A stretch of 64,000 nucleotides of DNA from Candidatus Multivoradales bacterium (GTDB lineage Bacteria > Acidobacteriota > Thermoanaerobaculia > Multivoradales > J023), in assembly GCA_965248925.1 (NCBI GenBank), contig CBDFLE010000005.1, positions 1,920,001 through 1,984,000 of the forward strand, read 5' to 3'. Positions 30,422 through 39,400 of the stretch are shown here, piece by piece. Both the position numbers and the translations under genes were made by a program. Every line of letters begins with the position of its first letter. Position 1 is the first letter of the stretch. Below the pieces are notes generated by a model. It was not told the origin of the DNA and did not search any database. It was given only the letters and a program-made list of their open reading frames with translations.

Positions 30422-33400
30422 ATGAACTCCGGGAATCGACACCAACTCACCAACAGCGGTCGGGCCTGCCTACTTCTCTGCCTGCTGGCGATAGGATCGT
30501 TCACCGCCCCTACCCAGGCGCAGCTGGATGCGACTTGCGATGCACAGCTGCTCAACCGCTCGGTGCAGGTCAACGCGGACGGCTCGTTCTTTCTCGCCAA
30601 TGTGCCGGCTGAGGAGGGACTTCATCGGGTGCGGGTCCACTGCACACCGGACCAAGCCGCACTCAACCAGGGTCAATCGAGCCTTTTTCGGCTGATTCCC
30701 AACGGGCAGGTCACCTTGACCGGAATCGACTTCGATAACTTCTTGCCGATTCCTGAAGCAATCCAGGTCGAAGTCACACCTGGGGTTTTGACTCAGGTCG
30801 GCCAGATGGTGGGGATCTCGGTGACCGGTATCTTGAGCGATGGCTCGCAGGTCGACATGGGGCGGGTGGATGAGGGGACGGAGTATTGGATCAGCAATCC
30901 GCGGCTGGCACGGCTGATAACCACCGGTGATCAGCGGCAGGTGCTGATCGCTCTGGAGCGCGGCCGGGTGCTGGTGGGGGCGCGGCGCGATGGCGTGGTC
31001 GGGGCGGTTGAGGTGGATCTGCAAATTCCCAACGACGCCGATGGCGACGGCATGACCGATGAGTTCGAAGAGCTTCTAGGTCTCGATCCGAATGACCCCA
31101 ACGACGCTTTCGACGACCCGGACGGCGACAATCTGTCGAACTTGCGCGAGTTTGAGCTGGGCACGGATATCTACTCCTCGGATACCGACGCTGACGGCCT
31201 GAGCGATGGCCGTGAGGTGGAGCTTGGCACCCTGCCCAATGACCCAGACACCGATGGTGACGGCTTGAATGATGGCCAGGAGCTGGCGCGCGGCACCGAT
31301 CCGCTGAGCGCGGACTCGGACCTTGACGGCATTGTCGATGGCCTCGAGGTTGGCCTCGGCACTGATCCACTGATCGAAAACGCCACTACCTCGCTGATCG
31401 GCCAGGTACGCGACGAGCAGGACTTGATCCAGGCGGGTGCCTCGGTGATCGTTTTCGGCCGGCTGGTCGCCACTACCGACGGCGCTGGCCGCTTCATCCT
31501 CGACCATGTGCCGGCCGACCAGGGCAGCGTGGTGGCGTTCGCTCGCGCTCTGCGGGTGGTGGTGGACCAGGAAGGCAACTCAATGGTCGAGGTGCTGGAG
31601 GGTGCTTCGGCCGCGACGCTTCCCCGGCCCGATTCCTTCACCGACATGGGGTTGATCCGGGTGCGGCCGATGAGCGGCCGGGTGTCGGGCGCGGTGCTCG
31701 ATCCGCGCGGCGATGCGGTGGCCGGCGTTCGGGTGACGCTGACGCTGGGCCTTGAGCGCCGCTCGACCCAGGCCGATATCACCGGTGTTTTCAGCTTTGA
31801 GAATCTACCCGCCGGCTCCTTCAATCTCGAAGCGATCGATGGCCAGACCGGCTTGCGGGGTCGCGCACTGGGCGTGCTGCCTGGCGACGGCGAGGCGCTG
31901 GCGGACATCCAGCTCGGCGCCTTCGGCGCCATCTCTGGGCGGGTGCTGGACAGCGACGGTGAGACCCCGGCCGGGCCAGGGGTGGCGATCGAGGTGCGCA
32001 CCGCCCCTGATCAACCGCCCGTCGAAATAGCCCTGACGGATCGGGAGAGCAGCTATCGCTTCGGCTTCTTGCCGCCCGGCACCTACACCCTCGACGCCAT
32101 CGACGGGCAGGGTAACCGGGGTCGCACGACGGTGGTGATCGAGGAAACGGCGCAGATCTTCGAGGCCGACGTGGTTTTCCTCGGCCGGGGTGTGGTCAAT
32201 GGCGTGGTCGAAGGCGCCAGTGGCCAACTGCTGGTTGGCGCGGCGGTCGAGATCTCAAGCCGCGGTCTGTTCGATCAGCTGCTCATCGGCACCTCGGGCG
32301 CGGATGGGCGCTTCAGCATCGCCGGGGTCTTTGTCGGCGAGTTTGACGCCGTGGCCCGCGACCTGACTAGCAATCTGACCGGTAGCGCTGTTGGCGAAAT
32401 CCGCCACCAGGGCGACAGCGAAGAGCTGACTATCGTGGTCGAAGAGACCGCCAGCGTCGAGGGCCGGGTGTTCGAGCTCGATGGGGTGACGCCGGTGGGC
32501 GGCGCCGAGGTCACGGTGAGCACCCTGGGTTTGCGGCGTAGCGGTCTGAGCGCAGCCAACGGTGATTACCGCTTCGATGGCCTGCCGCTCGACAACTACT
32601 CGCTGTCGGCACGTCACCCACTCAATGCCGACTGCGCTAGCAGCTCGGTGAGCCTCGATGCACCGCTCGAAGTGCGCACCCGAGATCTGGTAATGCACGG
32701 CCTAGGCACGGTAGAAGTGACGGTGCGCTACGCCGATGGCACCCTCGCACCCGGCGCCCGTGTCTCTCTCACCAGTGGCATACCCTGCGTAGCCAGACGC
32801 AGCGCCCTCGCCGATGCGAACGGTCGCGCGACCTTCAACGGCCTACCGACAGGGGGTCTGGAAGCTCTGGCGACCAGCCCGGTGGGTGGCCTCCAGGGCC
32901 AGATCCGCTCTACCCTGCTTCCTGGCGAAATCCTGGCACTGACTGTCGAGCTGGGGCCGTCGGGGGTGATCTTCGGTACTGTCTTCGGCAACGGTGGCTT
33001 CACCCCAGCAGCCGGGGTCGAGGTGCACTGGCGCGGCCGAACGGTGCGCACCGGGATCGATGGTAGCTACCGCTTCGATTGGGCCAAGCTGTCGCAGAAT
33101 CCACACACGGTTGAGGCCAACACCCTCGACCGCAGCCGACGAGCACGAGTCAGCGGCATTTTGATTGCGGCCGACGGCGGCTCGGTGCGGCGCGATCTGG
33201 TGCTCTCCGCCGTCGGCACGGTCACTGGCGTGGTGCGTGATGAAGCCGGCCTGGCGGTGGCGAATGCCTCGGTCACGGTGACAACTTTGGCTGCGGGTGG
33301 GCCAAACCGCCAGGTGCTGAGCGATGTCAATGGCATCTACTTCGCTAGCAGCGTTGCGGTCGGCGACATCCGCGCCGAGGCCAAGGATGGTGAGGGGGGC

Positions 33401-36400
33401 TTCGGTACAAAGAGCGGTGTACTCAGCTCCGAAGGCCAGGTGCTGACCCTCGACATCCGGCTGTTGGCGCCGACCAGCCGCTTCGCCAGTCAGCTCTTCG
33501 ATGCCAACAACCACCGCTACCCGATCTCGGTCGACAGTGGCGGGGTGCTCGGCGGCAGCCTGGGCATCTTCGATGGTGACAACGGCGAGAACCGCGATGC
33601 GATGTTGCTCGAGATCGGTCAGGGAGGCATCTTCCACCGCTTCGATGCCGCTAGCTCCGTGCTGTCGAGCACCGGCCGCGAGGTGGTGCTTGAGGGCGGT
33701 GATCCATCGGGTCTGGTGGTCACCCGCAAGGTGTTCATCCCCCTCGATGGCTATTTCGTGCGCTACCTCGAAGTGCTGTTTAATCCTTCTCCGCAGCCGA
33801 TCACGGTGGATGTGCGAGTTGATAGCTTCTTCGAGTTCTTGACCAATGTCAGGAATGGCGCCGCGTTCTTCGATCCCTTGACCCTGGTGAGCACCTCGAA
33901 CGGCGATCAGCGATTGCTGGTTGGAGCGGCGGCGCCCACCGGCACCGAGGTGGATCGCTGGCTGGTGCTCGAGGCGATTTCGCAAAGCGCCAACGGCCCG
34001 GTGTTCGATGCCCTCTATCCGACCTTCGGCTACCTCTTCCAGGGTCCAGGGGCGGCACTCGGCATCGACCGCTTGACCTACGAGACCGACTTCGCCGGCC
34101 GCTTCAGCCGTCTGCGCTCGCAGTGGAACCAACTCACCGTGCTGCCGGGCGACAGCATCACCCTGATGCACTTCGCCACTCAACAGACCAGTATCGAAGC
34201 TGCCACCGCGAGCCAGGAACGACTGCTCAGCCTGCCTCCCGAGGGCCTCGCCGGCTTGACCGCGGGCGAACTCCAGACCCTGGCCAACTTTGCCCCACCG
34301 CCCGGTGGCAGCAGCCTGCTCGACCCACTGCCGGCCCTCGATGGCGGGATCACCGGCACGGTGCTCGAAGGCGACGGCAGCAGCCGGGTAGCCAACGCTG
34401 AAGTGCGCTACCGCTCGACCAGCCCATTCTTTGGCCGCCTGCTCGAAGTCGAAGCCGATGCTGCCGGCGACTACACCCTCACCACCAGCGAGGCGATCAA
34501 CAACGGCAACCGTAGGGTGATTCCGCGAGTCTCTTTCCGCGTCGATGCCACCAACCCGGACACCCGGGGAGTCTCGCCAGCCTATGCCGGCGACTTCCCC
34601 GCCGGAGGTCCAAGCACTCAGCAAGACATTGTCTTTGTCGACACCAGCTTGGTCGAAGGCACCGTGCGCCGCGCCGACGGCAACGTGGTGAGCTTCGGCG
34701 ATGTGGTGCTGCGCGCTCGCCAGCAGCTGATCAACGTCGCCAGGCCGGTCCCCGGCGATGGCCGCTTTGAGTTCAACGGTCTGCCCCCCGAGGTCTACTC
34801 CCTGGTCGCCAGCCAACCCCATCCGCAGGGTACGGCGCTGCGCACCGCCGGCTCGGCCCTGGTGTCGACAGGCGGACAGCGAGTGTTGGCCGACCTCACC
34901 ATGCCGCCGACCGGTGGCGTCGAGGGCATCGTGCGCACCGGCGATGGCTTCCCCGGCGTTGGTCTGGAGCTGGCGCTGCGCGGCCCCGACTTCGGCCGCT
35001 TCACCACCAGCGACAGCGGTGGCCAGTACCGCTTCCTCGACGTTCCTGCGGGCGTCTACACCCTGCGCGGGATCGAGCCGATCACCCGCATCGCTACCGA
35101 GATTCCGCTGGATCTAGTGGCCGGCTCCGTGCTGCAACTTGATTTGCAGCTCTTCGCCCTCGGCTCGGTCATCGTCGAGGCGCAGCTGTCCGACGGCACC
35201 CCGGCCGTGGGTAGCGAGGTACGGATTCAGATCGCAGTGCTGGGTAGCGGCTTCGTCGCTGCCGGCACCACCGATGCAACCGGCAAGCTACGGATCGACG
35301 ACGTACCGGTGGGCAACCTCACCGTGCGCGTGCTGCATCCGCAGAACCCGTTCTTGGCCATCGACGAAAGCGCGCTGCTGAGCACCGGGGGCGGCACGCT
35401 GACGGTGCCGGTAGAGTTGCCGATCGACCAACCACCAGCGATCGAGATGGTGCTGCCAGTGGCCGGCTCGGTGGTCGCGCCGGGCAACCTGCTGACCCTG
35501 CAAGCCGCCGCGGCAGACCTGGTGGGCCTCAGCCGGGTCGACTTCCTGGTCAACGGTACCGAGGTCGGCAGCGACACCACTGCGCCCTATCGGATCGTGT
35601 ATCGGGTGGTTGAACCGCCAACCACGATCCTGTCGATCAGCGCCATCGCCCGCGACAATGGCATCAACTCGGCTCAAGCGGTGCCGGTGGCGGTGACCGT
35701 CGGTGCTGATTCGACACCGCCTACCGTGACGCTGACCGCGCCGGCTGACGGCGCCTCGGCCATCGAGGGTAGCCGAGTGATCTTGAGCGCCAACGCCACC
35801 GACGGCGGCGCCGTCGCCAGGGTCGAGTTCCGCATCGATGGGGTGTTGTTAGAAATCGTCCAGAACGCTCCTTATAGCTCTGCTCTCGACCTCGACCCGA
35901 ATCTCGCGCCCAGCGGTCCGGTGGCCGTGACCCTCACCGCTACCGCTTTCGACTTCGCCGGCAACAGCAGCAGCGATAGCCGCACCCTGACGGTGTTGAG
36001 CGATCAGGGGCCGAGCATCGCCATCGTCAGTGCGCCAGCCAGCGGCTCGGTGCTCACTGAGGGCGAGTTGGTGCGCTTCGAGGTCGACGCCAGCGATGAC
36101 CGGGGCGCCGAGGTCGAGCTGCGGATCAATGGCGAGGTGCTGCAAACGCGGCCCTACCAGCCCTTCCGCTTCGATTTCACCGTTCCTTCACCGAGCGAGC
36201 TAGCGTCGCCATTCGAGGTCGTCTTCATCGCTCGCGACGAGCGCGGGCAGACCGCCTCGACGCCGGCAATACAGCTGCAGATCGCATCCGACGAACCGCC
36301 CACCGTGGCCATTACCAGCCCGGCCGCGGGCTTGCTGGCCACCGAGGGCGAGTTATTGCAAATCGCCGCTAGCGCTAGCGATGACCTGGGCGTGGTTTCA

Positions 36401-39400
36401 GTGGCATTCTTCCTCGACCAGGAGGCGATCGGCGAACTGACAGAGGAGCCCTACGAGCTAGAGCTTCGCCTGCCAGCAGGGGAGGCCGGCAATCTGGCAC
36501 TGCGAGCCATCGCGACGGACACCACCGGCCAGACCCGCGAAGCCACGATCACCCTGGTGCGCCAGGACGATTCAGTAGCGCCAACGGTGAGCTTGATCTC
36601 ACCTCTCGACGGCACTACCCTGCCGGTGGGATTCTCAGATCTGATCTTGCTGCTCGACCACAGCGCATCGAACGCAACCGCCGCAGGATTCGACCTCGAT
36701 GGCGACGGCAGCGACGACAAAGTCAGCCGAGTGCAGGTGATCGCCGCCCGTGCCCTGCTGCAACAGCTCGATGCCAGCACCAGCCGAGTGGCCTTGGTGC
36801 GCATGCTCGCCGGCGCGGCGGCCGAAGGCGGCCTGACCAACGACTTCGCCAGCATCGATCTGCGTCTTGAGCAGCTGCTCCCCGGCCTGACTTCCGGCCA
36901 CGCTAGCTTCACCGCCGGTCTGGAAGTGGCGCGCGATCAGCTCACCAGCCTGGCCGCTCAGCGCACCGCACGGCCGCTGATCGTGCTGTTCTCTGATGGC
37001 CAGGGCGGCATCTTCCCGACCGAGATCATCGAGCGCCTGATTGCCCACGACGCGGTGGTCCACACGGTGGCGGTGGGGGCTACGGCCGATCCGGAAGTGC
37101 TCGAACAGATCGCCTTGGCCACCGGTGGCACGGCGAGCTTGCTGGCGACGACCACTGATCTTGCCACCATGCTCGCCACCATCGGTCGCCTGGGGCTCGC
37201 CCAACTGACGGTGGAGGCCGAGGCCACGGATGACATCGCCTTGCGCGAGGTCACCTTCCGGGTCACCGGTGGCGGCCTTGACCAGAGCCTGGTGCTCGAG
37301 CAACCGCCCTACCTCACCGCCTTGCCGCTACCTGAATTCGCTGCCCCGACGGACCTCACCCTCACCGCCGAAGCCCGTGACTTCGGCGACAATCTCGCCC
37401 TCAGTGCAGCGACCCAGGTGACCGTGACACCAGTCGACAGCTCACCAGATCTGACTATCTTGCTGCCCGACCGCGGTATTGCCGGCGACACCATCACTCT
37501 GCTCGGCCGCTACTTCTCGCGAGTCGCCAATGCCCACAGCGTGCGCTTCGACGGGTTGCTAGCCACCGTCACTTCAGCCTCCAAATTCGAGCTTCAGGTA
37601 ACGGTGCCAGGGGGAGTGCGCAGCGGCCTGGTGACCGTCACCCTCGACGGCCTGACCACCGCCGGCCTGCGCTTCGAGCTCGATAGCGACTTCGACGGTT
37701 TGAGCGATGAGGAAGAAGCAGCCCTGGGCACAGATCCCACCAACCCCGACAGCGACGGCGACGGCCTCAGCGATGGCGCCGAGGTTGATGAGCACGGCAC
37801 CGACCCCCTTGCCGCCGACTCCGACAGCGACGGCATGGACGACGGCTTCGAGATCGCCCAGGGCTTTGACCCGAACGACCCGGCGGACGCGGGCGGCGAC
37901 CCCGATGGTGATGGTCTGAGCAACGTCCGCGAATTCCAGGCCGGCAGCGACCCCTTCGACCCGGACACCGACGGCGACACCCTGACGGACGGCGACGAGG
38001 TCGACCTCTACGGCACCGATCCCACCCTGCGCGACACCGATGGCGGTGGCCGTGAGGATCAACAAGAGATCGCCGATGGCACTGATCCTCTCGATCCCTC
38101 CGACGATGTCTTCGACTTGCCGGTGGTGCTGATCGATGGCGGCGGCTTTGATTGGGATCTGGTCCGCGGCGGCCTGATCCATCACGGTCTGAACGATGCC
38201 TTCGACCTGGCCTTCATCCGCATCGTCAACAATTTGACGCCCTGCCTTGGCTTCGGTCCCAGCGCTTGCCGGCGGAGCGCCGCTTTTGAAGACGGTGGCC
38301 GCGAAATCATCCTCAGCCGGCACGAGCACAGTGGCGAGCCCGGACTGTTCTATTCTCGTAAGGTCTTCGTCCCCGAGGACGACCGCTTCGTGCGCTACCT
38401 CGAAATCATCGACAACGAAACGGCGGCGGCGAAGGAAGTTACGGTGCGGATCAAGTCCACGGTCGGTACCAGTTTCCTCACCCAGCGGGTCGCCACCTCC
38501 TCCGGGGCGGTAGATTTCGGCGTCCGCGATCGTTGGATCGTCACCGACGACGAAGACCTCACCGGCTCGCCGGCCGTGGCCTTCGTCTTTGCCGGCGTCA
38601 CCACTCGGACCTTGCCGAGCCGGGTCTTCACCAATGCTCCGGGCAACGATGCCATCGAGTATTCGGTGACCTTCACGGTGCCTGCGGGCGAGCGGCGACT
38701 GATGATGCACTTCGGCGTGCAAGCCATTGAACAAGTCACCGCCACGGCCCAGGCCGAGCGCGTCAGCCGCCTCGAAGGCAGCACCCTGGATGGCCTGTCG
38801 GCCACGGAGCAGGCGCAGATCGTCAACTTCTTTGCCTATCCAGACGCCGACCTAGATCATCTCGCGGACGCCGACGAGCCGGTTCTGGGCACCGATCCTC
38901 TGAATCCCGACAGCGACGGCGACAGTCTGCTCGATGGGTTCGAGGTCGAATTTGGTTTCGATCCGCTGGTGGCCGACGACCCGACCGCCGATCCCGACAG
39001 CGACGGTCTGTCGAACTTCGATGAGCAGGCAGCCCTCGGCGATCCGACCAATCCAGACACCGATGGCGACGGCCTGGACGACGGCCAAGAAGTAGCGAAC
39101 GGCTCCGAGACCGCGCTACGGGACACCGACGCCGATGGCCTCGACGACGGCCCGGAAGTGCTGACCCACGGCACCGATCCCACCGCCTTCGACACCGACG
39201 GTGGTGGCCTCGGCGATGGTGACGAGATCGATCGGGGCAAAGACCCTCTCGACCCCACTGACGATATCTTTGAGGTCGCCCTACCCCTGGTGCTGACCGA
39301 TGGCGACGGCTTCGAGTGGGACATCCAGCAGCACGGCGGCCAATACGCCGGCACCGAGGGGGCCTTCACCGGCAGCAGCACACCGTTTATCTTCGACGGT